DNA from: Dehalococcoidia bacterium
GTDB lineage: Bacteria > Chloroflexota > Dehalococcoidia > Plut-88900
Direction: 5' to 3'
NCBI GenBank assembly: GCA_965197585.1
Contig: OZ240215.1
Span: forward strand, 2,272,001 to 2,336,000
DNA length: 64,000 nucleotides
Both the position numbers and the translations under genes were made by a program. Positions within the stretch are counted from its first letter, which is position 1; each line of letters opens with the position of its first letter. A model generated the notes under the pieces. The model worked only from the letters and a program-made list of their open reading frames with translations, was not told where the DNA came from and did not search any database. Shown piece after piece: positions 18,578-27,975 of this stretch.

Positions 18578-19895
18578 CAAAAAAAAGACACATTCCGTTC
18601 CCGTCTACAGAAGAAAGAGATGGTTGGCCCTTGGGCTTTTGTCCCTCGCCCTTGTTGCCATGCTTACCGTCGTGGCTTGCGGCTAGTCCGCCACGGCTAC
18701 TCCTGACGCAGATGAGGCAATGCCCGAGCCTACGCCAACAGCGATGATGGAAGAGCCCGATGAACCATCCACCAGCCTGCGCCCCATAAGCGAATGGACC
18801 GTCGACAATCCCGGCACCCATGAAGAAGTAGTGGCAGCTCTGGCCGCCCACCGCGGCGGCAGCTTCACCTTCGCATCCTGGGGATCCGCCTACCAGGCCA
18901 TGCAGCGCCAGGCATTCCTGATCCCCTTTGCCACAGAGTTCGGCGTCGAGATTATCGAAGATGGCCCTCCCGACTACGCCAAGGTAAGGGCCATGGCCCA
19001 CACTGGCAACATAACCTGGGACATCATTGACGGCTCCGGTCAGGCTTCAATCACAATGGGCCTGGAGGGAGTCCTGGAAGAGCTCAACTTGGCCATCGTG
19101 GATAAGACAGATCTATTCCCCCACATCCGTGACGCCCCCTGGATCGGCGGCGGAGGTTCCGCCTTCTCCCACATGGTAATGTGGAGCAAGGACACCTACG
19201 GTGACGACGGTCCCAAGACCATGGCCGATGCTTTTGACAAGGAGAAGTTCCCCGGACGCAGGGGCATCTTCTCCCAGGATTGGGCCTGGAAGCACCGCGT
19301 ACGCTTCGGACTACTCATCGATGACCCTACCCTCCTCGACACCGAAGAGGGCAGAGCTAGCCTCTCCGCCATGAGCCCCGAGGAGCTTGAAAGAGCTTGG
19401 CAAGTCGTCGAAGAACGAATGATTCCCAATACCGACGTCTTCTTCGCCGGCGCCAGCGACTGCCCGGCCCTCATTCAGTCCGGCGAGCTGGACGTCTGCG
19501 AGACTGACAACGGAATCGGCTTCGACTCCGTCGTGAACACTGACCTTAACGCCCACCTTTGTTGGGAGTGCGGCCACGATGTGCTGACCGACAACTGGTG
19601 GTCCCCCAGGGGCCTCGCCGAACAGGAACCCGAGCGATGGGAGCTCATCAACCTCTTCTTCGCTTGGTCGCAGCACCCTGAGATCGCCGCAAGTCAGGCG
19701 CTCTACCAACCCTACGGCCCCACTAACCTGAAGTCGGGTCCCTTCCTCGCAGCGCCGGAATTCGACACTCACCGGCCCTACCTGCCCACCGCCGACGCCA
19801 ACCTCCCCTACGCCATCCTCATGGATGAGGCCTCAGACGGCATGATCGGTGGAGCACAAGCAGATATCTGGTTCGAAGTTCAGGGCAAGAATTAA
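18578..19895 (+). pseudogene. Solute-binding paralog 2 with lost start codon and amber stop just after the lipobox; intact ORF 18720-19895
   Basis: TGC GGC TAG at 18684-18686 versus TGC GGC GAG in the paralogs; no ATG at the homologous start. Confidence 0.7.
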
Positions 19896-20152
19896 ACAGT
19901 TCTAGGTAAGCCAAAAGTGGGGGGCCGGTCATACGACCGGCCCCCCGCAATAGTTACTCGCACCTTGGGTTCTCGCCCTCTCTAGACCGGCCTTTAGAAA
20001 GACCACAGCCGTTCCCGGCCATGTTACCCGTTCTGGAGGTAGCTTATGAATCATTCGTAGCGGCCGATAAGCCGCCTGCAGGAAGACCTGCATCGCTTCC
20101 TGAGAATTTGATTAGCGTGGGCTTTGACTAGCAGTGGAGGAGAGGTTTGACT

Positions 20153-21463
20153 ATGAAGTATCTGACCCCAATATATGGAAGTAAGAAATGGCTGGTTCTC
20201 GGGCTCCTATCCTTGGCCCTCGTCGCACTCCTGATCGTTGCCGCCTGCGGCGAGTCCGCCACCGCAACCCCGGAGCCGGAGGATGCAATGCCCGAGCCTA
20301 CGCAGACAGCGCTGATGGAGGGAGAGCCGGATGAACCATCCACCGGTCTGCGCCCCATAACCGAATGGACCGCCGACAACCCCGGCACCCATGAAGAGGT
20401 GGTAGCAGCCCTGGCGGCCCACCGCGGCGGCAGCTTCACCTTCGCATCCTGGGGATCGGCCTACCAAGCTATGCAGCGCCAGGCATTCTTGGTCCCCTTC
20501 GCCACGGAGTTCGGCGTCGAGATTGTCGAGGACGGCCCCCCGGACTACGCCAAGGTCAGGGCCATGGCCCACACGGGCAACATCACCTGGGACATCATCG
20601 ACGGCTCCGGCCAGGCTTCCATCACCATGGGCCTCGAAGGAGTCCTCGAAGAGCTCAACCCGGCCATCGTGGACAAAAGTGACCTATTCCCCCACATAAG
20701 GGACGCCCCTTGGATCGGCGGCGGCGGCTCCGCCTTCTCCCATTTGTTCATTTGGAGCACGGATACCTACGGCGATAACGGACCCAAGACCATGGCCGAC
20801 ATCTTCGATGTGGAAAAGTTCCCCGGCCGACGCGGATTGGTTGGTGCAGACTGGGCTTGGAAGCACAGAGTCCGCTTCGCACTGCTAGTGGATGATCCCA
20901 CTCTCTTGGATACGGAAGAGGGCCGCGCATCCCTCTCGGCTATGAGTCCCGAGCAGCTCGACAAGGCGTGGCAGATAACCAGCGACCGAATAATCCCCGT
21001 TACTGACGTGATTTTCCCAAGTGTCGAGTGCACGGCGTTGATCAGTTCGGGTGATGTGGACATCTGCGAGACCGACAACGGTGTAGGCTTTGACGCTATT
21101 GTAAACGGCGGTCTAAACGGGCATCTCTGCTGGGAGTGCGGTCACGACGTGCTGACCGACAACTGGTGGTCCCCCAGGGGGCTGGCAGAGCAGGAGCCCG
21201 AGAGATGGGAACTGATCAACCTGTTCTTCGCATGGGCCCAGCATCCGGAAATCGCGGCCAGCCAGGCCCTCTACCAGCCTTACGGGCCTACGAACCTAAA
21301 GTCCGCTCCCTTCCTCGCAGCGCCTGAATACGACGCCCACAGGCCCTACCTGCCTACCGCAGACGCTAACCTCCCCTACGCCATCCTCATGGATGAGGCG
21401 GCGGATGGAGCTATAGGCGGAGCGCAAGCAGAGATCTGGTTTGAGGTTCAGGGCAAGAACTAA
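20153..21463 (+). CDS. ABC-type extracellular solute-binding lipoprotein, paralog 3
   Basis: Highly similar to paralogs 1 and 2; lipobox IVAAC. Confidence 0.85.
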   Translation: MKYLTPIYGSKKWLVLGLLSLALVALLIVAACGESATATPEPEDAMPEPTQTALMEGEPDEPSTGLRPITEWTADNPGTHEEVVAALAAHRGGSFTFASWGSAYQAMQRQAFLVPFATEFGVEIVEDGPPDYAKVRAMAHTGNITWDIIDGSGQASITMGLEGVLEELNPAIVDKSDLFPHIRDAPWIGGGGSAFSHLFIWSTDTYGDNGPKTMADIFDVEKFPGRRGLVGADWAWKHRVRFALLVDDPTLLDTEEGRASLSAMSPEQLDKAWQITSDRIIPVTDVIFPSVECTALISSGDVDICETDNGVGFDAIVNGGLNGHLCWECGHDVLTDNWWSPRGLAEQEPERWELINLFFAWAQHPEIAASQALYQPYGPTNLKSAPFLAAPEYDAHRPYLPTADANLPYAILMDEAADGAIGGAQAEIWFEVQGKN

Positions 21464-21535
21464 AGAGTTTTAGGCAAGCCGAAAAAGAGGGGGCCGGTCG
21501 TACGACCGGCCCCCTTGCTTTTACCTTCCAAAAAA

Positions 21536-23593
21536 TCAGATTGCCCTCGCCTTGTCTCTCCCTCGCTCCAAATGCACTAGCAGAAGGCTCAAGTCCGAAG
21601 TCCCCACCCCCGGCACCCGAGACGCCTGCCCCACCGTCAACGGCAGAAACTTGCTCAGGTTATCCCGAGCCTCGTTGGATAGGCCCCGCACCTCGTCGTA
21701 GGCAACACCACTGGGTATCGGGCGCTGCTCCAGCTTGCGGATCCGATCTACTTCCCGATTCTGTCTCGCTATATAGTCCCGGTACTTGGCCTCTATCTCC
21801 ACCTGGCTCCTGCACTCCTCATCCAACTCCCGGTCTCCGAGCCCAAGAGCCAGGGCGGTGTCATAATCGACCTCCGGGCGCCGTAGAAACTCCAAAGTCG
21901 TCACCGCTTTCCGAACGGGCGCCAACCCCCGACTCTCCAAGTGCGCATCCATACTCCCGTCCTGCGGCAAATACGTCCCACCCAACCTACCCAGTTCCCG
22001 TGCGACTCTCTCTCGCTTCTCCTCCACCATCCCGTATTGTTCTGCGCTTAGAAGGCCAACCTCATACCCGATGGGAGCGAGCCTCTGGTCGGCGTTGTCC
22101 TGCCTCAGAAGCAGCCGGTGCTCGGCCCGAGACGTGAGCATCCTGTACGGCTCGAAGTGGTCCCGGGTCACGAGGTCGTCGATCATCACACCCAGGTACG
22201 CCTGGTCTCGACGCAGAATCAGGGGCGCGCGCCCCTTGACATTCAACGCGGCGTTTATCCCTGCCACTATCCCCTGCCCCGCCGCCTCCTCGTACCCCGA
22301 GGTCCCGCACACCTGTCCCGCCAGGAACAGGTTGGGCACCGGTTTCGACTCCATCGTGGCATTGATCTGGTCTGTCAGGACAAAGTCGTATTCGATCGCG
22401 TATCCGGGCTTCAGTATCTCGGCCCGCTCCAACCCCGCTATCGACCTAACGAACGCCTCCTGCACGTCCTCCGGCAGGCTGGTGTTTGCACCTTGAAGGT
22501 ACACCTCGTTAGTCTCCCAGCCTTCAGGTTCTAGGAACAACCCGTGGGAGTCCTTGTGGGCAAACCGCACTACCTTGTCCTCGATGGACGGGCAGTACCG
22601 TGGCCCGACCCCCTCTATAGACCCGTTGAACATAGGGGCCCTGTCCAGGTTCGCTGTTATCACCGCGTGAGTCTTCGGGTTCGTGCTGACCAGGTAGCAG
22701 GCCATCTGTGGCCGCCACCCCGACTCCGGACCCCGAGGGTAGACCGGGTTCGGCGTCGGGAAGCTCAGGTTATCATCGTCACATCCCCAGAAGCTGAAGT
22801 GAAGTGGAGTCGGGCTTCCCGGCTGAATCCGCGCCTTTCCGAAATTGATGCTCCGGGCATCGAGCCTCGGCGGAGTTCCCGTCTTATGCCTCCCCAACTC
22901 AAACCCAAGATTTCTCAGAGACCTCGATATCTCCGTAGCTGCCGGCTCTCCCGCCCGACCCCCCGTGTACGCCCTCTCCCCCATGATGATCTTCCCAGCC
23001 AGAGACGTCCCCGTCGTCAGAATAACGGTCTTCCCCAAGAAGTCCTCCCCCGCCTTCGTCTCCAGCCTAATCACCCCACCCCTCCCAGCACTCCCGCTCT
23101 CTATCCTCGTGTCAGTCCGAGCCCCTCCTTTCATGTCATTCCGAGGCTCCGCGCTGAAAGTCCGCCGAGGCGGGAGGAATCTAGGACTTGCCCCGACACC
23201 TACCTCTATGGGAACAATCCCCGTAACCAACGCCTCCCGAATAGTCAGCCCCTCCTGCCGCTCCAACGTCTTCCGCATCCCACTCGCATAAAGACGCTTG
23301 TCCGATTGCGCCCGAAGGGCCTGCACCGCAGGCCCTTTGCCCGTGTTCAGCATCCGGATCTGTATGAAGGTCTTATCTGTGTTGCGCCCCATCTCACCAC
23401 CCAGCGCATCAACCTCCCGAGCCAAGTGTCCCTTCGCCGGCCCCCCGATGGACGGGTTGCATGGCATGAGAGCAATATGGTCCAGCTTCATCGTCAAGAC
23501 CAACGTCTCGCATCCCATCCGAGCCGCAGCCAACGCCGCCTCGCACCCCGCGTGGCCCGCCCCGATAACTATTACGTCGTACACCTTCACCAT
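21536..23593 (-). CDS. mnmG: tRNA uridine-5-carboxymethylaminomethyl(34) synthesis enzyme MnmG
   Basis: YDVIVIGAGHAGCEAA, MPCNPSIGG, KTGTPPR, GPRYCPSIEDK, GYEEAAGQG. Confidence 0.97.
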   Translation of the reverse strand: MVKVYDVIVIGAGHAGCEAALAAARMGCETLVLTMKLDHIALMPCNPSIGGPAKGHLAREVDALGGEMGRNTDKTFIQIRMLNTGKGPAVQALRAQSDKRLYASGMRKTLERQEGLTIREALVTGIVPIEVGVGASPRFLPPRRTFSAEPRNDMKGGARTDTRIESGSAGRGGVIRLETKAGEDFLGKTVILTTGTSLAGKIIMGERAYTGGRAGEPAATEISRSLRNLGFELGRHKTGTPPRLDARSINFGKARIQPGSPTPLHFSFWGCDDDNLSFPTPNPVYPRGPESGWRPQMACYLVSTNPKTHAVITANLDRAPMFNGSIEGVGPRYCPSIEDKVVRFAHKDSHGLFLEPEGWETNEVYLQGANTSLPEDVQEAFVRSIAGLERAEILKPGYAIEYDFVLTDQINATMESKPVPNLFLAGQVCGTSGYEEAAGQGIVAGINAALNVKGRAPLILRRDQAYLGVMIDDLVTRDHFEPYRMLTSRAEHRLLLRQDNADQRLAPIGYEVGLLSAEQYGMVEEKRERVARELGRLGGTYLPQDGSMDAHLESRGLAPVRKAVTTLEFLRRPEVDYDTALALGLGDRELDEECRSQVEIEAKYRDYIARQNREVDRIRKLEQRPIPSGVAYDEVRGLSNEARDNLSKFLPLTVGQASRVPGVGTSDLSLLLVHLERGRDKARAI

Positions 23594-23704
23594 TTCACCG
23601 CCAATCTTAATCGTCCTACTCCCCCCTCGGTCAAGAGTAGGTCGGCAATCGTGTTGATCCTCTCATAGGACGGGCGAGTATGGCAGATGGTGTAAAATGA
23701 CGAT

Positions 23705-23971
23705 ATGACATGGGAGGAGTCGGGGCTTCAGTACACCCGACACGCCCGTCGGGCCATGGAAGAGCGCATGATCCAGGTAAAATAGGTTGAGGAGACTATA
23801 TCCACACCCGATATGCGTTCAAACGACCCAGGGGATGATGAACTTGAGCGTTTCTTTAAGCGCATTCCCGAATTCGACAACAGGGTCTTGCGAGCAGTTG
23901 TGAACACTCGCGAATCCCCTTGGCGTGTAGTAAGCGCTTTCTTTGATAGTGGAATGAGGAACAGAATATGA
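23705..23971 (+). pseudogene. DUF4258-like putative toxin with internal amber stop
   Basis: Manual translation YTRHARRAMEERMIQVK*VEETI...NRVLRAVVN...VVSAFFD; TAG at 23783; ATGA overlap with the DUF2283 gene. Confidence 0.7.
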
Positions 23972-24168
23972 AGCTATATGTCGACAAGGAAGCCGACGCC
24001 CTTTACTTGCGCCTGGACGATTCGGACATACTCGAATCTGAAGAAGTCTCGGCAGGCGTTGTTCTTGACTACAACAAATCTAAGGATGTTGTGGGAGTTG
24101 AGATGCTGTACCTCTCAAAACGCTCGCCCAAACTCAACCTGTCCACCCTTCAATTCGAGACGGTATAA
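23968..24168 (+). CDS. DUF2283 domain protein (putative antitoxin)
   Basis: MKLYVDKEADALYLRL...GVVLDY...VVGVEML. Confidence 0.85.
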   Translation: MKLYVDKEADALYLRLDDSDILESEEVSAGVVLDYNKSKDVVGVEMLYLSKRSPKLNLSTLQFETV

Positions 24169-24248
24169 AGGCGGCCCGGGAACCGTAAAGGTGGGTGGGG
24201 CTACCCCCCAGTAAATCTCACCCTCAGACTCTGCCGTATAATTTCCTC

Positions 24249-25382
24249 ATGACAATCCAAACCTCGCCCGCTCAAAAGACAGCGTCGGCCGCAACCTCGG
24301 CGACCCGAAAGTCCACAGTCGCAGCCGTATTCACCACACCCGAGACCGTTTTGGACGACTACGTCCGCCTCGCCGAGCTGGCGGGCATGGAAGACCACCT
24401 CCCCAAGGACCTCCCCACCCTTCTGAAGATCAACATCTCCTGGCAATACTACTACCCCGCCTGCTCCACCCCACCCTGGCAGATAGAGGGCGCCGTCAAG
24501 GCCCTCCAGTCAAGCGGCTACACCGACCTCATCGCCGCACACAACGGCACCGTGGTCGTCGACGCCCGGGAAGGTGAGGTCCGTAACAAGCAGAAGGTCG
24601 TCACCGACAAGTACAACCTCCCAAACATGCACCTTGAGGAAGATCCCGTCCGCTGGATCGAGTACCGGCCCAAGGCCAAGATGCTCGCCCTCGACGAAAT
24701 CTTCCCCGACGGAATCCAGATCCCCGAGCCCTTCATCGGCAAAAATGTAGTCCAGCTGCCCACCATGAAGACCCACGTCTTCACCAGGATGACCGGAGCC
24801 ATGAAAAACGCCTTCGGTGGGCTGCTGAACAGGAAGCGCCACTACACCCACTCCGTCATCCACGAGACCCTTGTCGACCTCCTGGCAATCCAGAAAGAGA
24901 TACATCCCGGTATCTTCGCAATGATGGACGGCTCCTTCGCCGGAGACGGCCCCGGCCCCCGAGCCATGAGGTGGCACGTCAAGAACCTGCTATTGGCCAG
25001 CGCCGATCAGGTGGCGATTGACGCCGTGGCCGCACGGCTCATGGGCTTCGACCCCATGTCCATCAAGTTCATACGCCTAGCCCATGACGCAGGATTGGGG
25101 TGCGGAGACCCGAGGGAGATAGAGATCGCGGGAGAAGACCTGTCAGGTGTGAACTGGGGGTTCAGTGGGTCGGAGAACACCTTTGCCAGCAGGGGCCAAA
25201 AGCTGATTTACTGGGGTCCTCTCAAGCCCTTGGAGAAGCTGTTGCTTCGCTCGCCCATGGTCCCTTGGGCCTACCTGGCCTCGAACCTGTACCACAATGT
25301 CTTCTGGATGAACCTAATCGGGAAGCGTCGCATCAGGGAGGCAATGAAGACAGGCTGGGGCAAGCTGTTCCAGAGCTATTGA
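24249..25382 (+). CDS. DUF362 domain Fe-S-related protein
   Basis: LLKINISW, LPTMKTH...TGAMKNAFG, DQVAIDAVAARLMG. Confidence 0.8.
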   Translation: MTIQTSPAQKTASAATSATRKSTVAAVFTTPETVLDDYVRLAELAGMEDHLPKDLPTLLKINISWQYYYPACSTPPWQIEGAVKALQSSGYTDLIAAHNGTVVVDAREGEVRNKQKVVTDKYNLPNMHLEEDPVRWIEYRPKAKMLALDEIFPDGIQIPEPFIGKNVVQLPTMKTHVFTRMTGAMKNAFGGLLNRKRHYTHSVIHETLVDLLAIQKEIHPGIFAMMDGSFAGDGPGPRAMRWHVKNLLLASADQVAIDAVAARLMGFDPMSIKFIRLAHDAGLGCGDPREIEIAGEDLSGVNWGFSGSENTFASRGQKLIYWGPLKPLEKLLLRSPMVPWAYLASNLYHNVFWMNLIGKRRIREAMKTGWGKLFQSY

Positions 25383-25690
25383 GCGCTGCTGCCGCCCTCT
25401 TCCTCGTCGAAGTCCTCGTCGCTGAACACACCGATCTCCCGGCCCTGGTACACCGCGACTATGAAGTCCCCCCGAGACGCGTCCGCCGTCATAACTAGTT
25501 CCTCGTCGATTGTGTCGATGAGCTCTTGTACGCCTTCCTGGGTTATGTTCTCGAGTACGCAGAGCGTAGCGTGTACCACGCTGGTACCAAAGTGCAGATC
25601 GACCCGTCCCGCCGAGCTTTCGTCGTCAATGATCGTATACGTCTCGGAGTGCGGGGTGCGGCATTCTCTTTCGAAGCGGTAGGGGGCCAT
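25376..25690 (-). CDS. Hypothetical acidic protein
   Basis: 104-aa ORF directly downstream of proA with plausible composition. Confidence 0.7.
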   Translation of the reverse strand: MAPYRFERECRTPHSETYTIIDDESSAGRVDLHFGTSVVHATLCVLENITQEGVQELIDTIDEELVMTADASRGDFIVAVYQGREIGVFSDEDFDEEEGGSSAQ

Positions 25691-25711
25691 GTGCGGTGTT
25701 TCCTCTCTGGT

Positions 25712-26989
25712 CTAGGGCCGGACGTGACCGCGGCCCAGAATTATCCACTTGTAGGAAGTCATCTCCCGGAGCCCCATCGGGCCCCGAGCGTGCATCTTCT
25801 GCGTGCTGATCCCCACCTCCGCCCCGAGGCCGAACTGGCCGCCGTCAGTGAAGCGGGTGCTGGCATTTACAAATACAGCCGCCGCGTCCACCTCGTCGAG
25901 AAATCTCTGGGCCGCCGAGTAGTCCTCGGTTATTATCGCCTCTGAATGCCCCGACCCATAGGTCTCTACGTGGTTCAGGGCCTCGTCCAGCCCATCGACA
26001 ACTTTGACCGAAGCGACCAGGGCAAGAAACTCCGTACCCCAGTCGGATTCTGTTGCGGGGACTGACCGGGCCTCGGGCACGCTCTGGAGCAGGTCGAGGG
26101 CCCTTTCGTCGCACCGTATCTCTACGCCCTTCTCGCTCCAGGCGCGGGCGATTCGAGGTAAGTATTCGTGGGCGACGGCTGAGTGCACGATGAGGGTGTC
26201 CAGGGCGTTGCAGGTGGAGGGGCGTTGTACCTTGGCATTGTAGGCTATGGCCACCGCACTGTCCAGATTGGCCGACTTGTCCACATACGTGTGGCACACC
26301 CCCACCCCACCCTCGACAACCGGCATCGAAGCATTCTCACCTACGTAGCGTATGAACTGCTCACTGCCCCTGGGCACCAGCAGATCGATCAGCCCCTTCA
26401 TGCCGAGCATCTCGCCGACCAGGGACCTGTCAGTCGACTCGACGAACTGAACAGCCTCCCCCGGCCCCCCGGCCTCCACGAGGCTTTCCCTCACGATTGA
26501 GGAGAGGATTAGGTTAGACCTGATGGCCTCCTTGCCGCCCCTCAGCAGCACCGCGTTCCCCGACTTGAGACACAGGCACGATATGTCTATGGTGACATTC
26601 GGGCGGCTTTCATATATTGCCCCGATCAGACCCAATGGCACTCGCCTCTTCCCGACCTGCAGCCCATTGGGCAGCGTCCTCATGTCAAAGGTCTCACCGA
26701 CAGGGTCGGGCAGCACGGCAATGCCCTCAACGTCCGCAGCGAGAGCTTGAATCCGCTCGGGCGTAAGCAAAAGCCTGTCCAAAAGGGACTCGGACAGCCC
26801 GGTCGCGACACCCGTCTCGCAGTCCTGACGGTTGGCCGAGACAATATCCTCCTGCTTTTCGAGGAGGGCTCGCGCTATGTTCCTCAGGGCCCGGTCCTTC
26901 ACCGCACCGCTCGCCCGACCCAACTCCCGCCCCGCCCCCCGAGCCGCCAAAGCCTGCACCCTAAGGTCTTGTTTAACACTCGTAGTCAT
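25712..26989 (-). CDS. proA: Gamma-glutamyl phosphate reductase
   Basis: VPLGLIGAIYESRPNVT, CNALDTL, NASTRFTDG, QKMHARGPMGL. Confidence 0.97.
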   Translation of the reverse strand: MTTSVKQDLRVQALAARGAGRELGRASGAVKDRALRNIARALLEKQEDIVSANRQDCETGVATGLSESLLDRLLLTPERIQALAADVEGIAVLPDPVGETFDMRTLPNGLQVGKRRVPLGLIGAIYESRPNVTIDISCLCLKSGNAVLLRGGKEAIRSNLILSSIVRESLVEAGGPGEAVQFVESTDRSLVGEMLGMKGLIDLLVPRGSEQFIRYVGENASMPVVEGGVGVCHTYVDKSANLDSAVAIAYNAKVQRPSTCNALDTLIVHSAVAHEYLPRIARAWSEKGVEIRCDERALDLLQSVPEARSVPATESDWGTEFLALVASVKVVDGLDEALNHVETYGSGHSEAIITEDYSAAQRFLDEVDAAAVFVNASTRFTDGGQFGLGAEVGISTQKMHARGPMGLREMTSYKWIILGRGHVRP

Positions 26990-27065
26990 TGCTCTCCTAT
27001 TATCAGGACTTGACCGCCGAGGGGCAAGAACGTGTACTCGTTCGGTAGATTAGTGACACACCGGG

Positions 27066-27706
27066 TTTTATTCAGTTGTGGGGTTTTGGTTTCCGTTTTG
27101 TCTGTTGGGAGGAGGTTGGCGATGGAAGACGCCCATTTGGCAGAGCTGCTTGTACGTGGACTTGCAGCCAGTATGCCCTGATGCTAGATGGTATACACGG
27201 ACAATTCTCGGGCCAGACGTCCGGCAGAGGCTCCTTATGGGGGCTGTATGCCCGTGGGGACACGTCGGGGCCAGGGATCTAGCTGTGCGAGGCCCCACAG
27301 CCTAACTAATAGTGTCCAAGTTCGCCGGAAAAGGACAGGAGCGAATATCCTCCGGGCACCCCCGCGCCGCAGCGCCAGTCTCCAGCAATGCGGCCCGACG
27401 TTCGAGACGGTTCTCCATGGGGGTTAGGCGGTCCGCGGAGCGTATGCTCTGGTCACCCTTGATGCAATCTCCCGTACAGGGAGCGGGGTGGGAGCGTGAA
27501 GGCCAGGGCGTCTTTCCATCGCCTGGGGATCAGGGAAGGGGGCACGGGACCCGTGGGATGAGGAGATGGCGTCGGTCGCTTGTGCCGCGGGCCTGCGCGA
27601 GGGCCGTTGGGATGGGCTTGGACGTTGAGTCCTCTGGTGGGTCGAGTGTGGGCTTCCCTAGTTTTTAGTTCCTCCTTAAGGTAGTTGGGTTAGGTAGTCT
27701 AGACCT
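27066..27706 (-). ncRNA. Candidate large structured ncRNA, copy B
   Basis: About 200 nt of leader clearly homologous to copy C; helix 27523-27506 with 27134-27118; conserved tail. Confidence 0.6.
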
Positions 27707-27712
27707 GGCTAC

Positions 27713-27757
27713 AATATAGAACATAAGTACTTATAATGTCAAGGGGGTGATGTCACC
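27713..27757 (-). promoter_or_regulatory. Sigma70-type promoter with LexA-like box (element B)
   Basis: TTGACA(27742)-N18-TATATT; AGAAC-ATAA-GTACT at 27718-27731. Confidence 0.65.
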
Positions 27758-27774
27758 CCTCTATGTGAACGGGA

Positions 27775-27966
27775 TCAAACGGCCCGACCCAACGTAAATC
27801 TCTCTCCGAAGGCGTCTCCTATGACGGGTTGGAATAGCTGACGACTAGCCAGACCTAAGCAACTCCCCTTCAAACCACCTCTTCGCACCCTCCTAACCCA
27901 CCTCCTCCCCACCCCCCGAGCCGCCAAAGCCTGCGCCCTAAGGTCTTGTTTAACGCTGGTAGTCAT
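27775..27966 (-). pseudogene. Duplicated 5' fragment of proA
   Basis: 27912-27966 matches 26935-26989 with 3 mismatches; translates MTTSVKQDLRAQALAARG. Confidence 0.85.
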
Positions 27967-27975
27967 AACAGCCCA

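Noticed and set aside
18684-18686. Amber readthrough (pyrrolysine or recoding) suggested by in-frame TAGs at 18684, 23783 and in the IS remnant
   Set aside because: Each is one substitution from the expected sense codon in decaying genes, many intact genes here end in TAG, and no pyl genes are seen.
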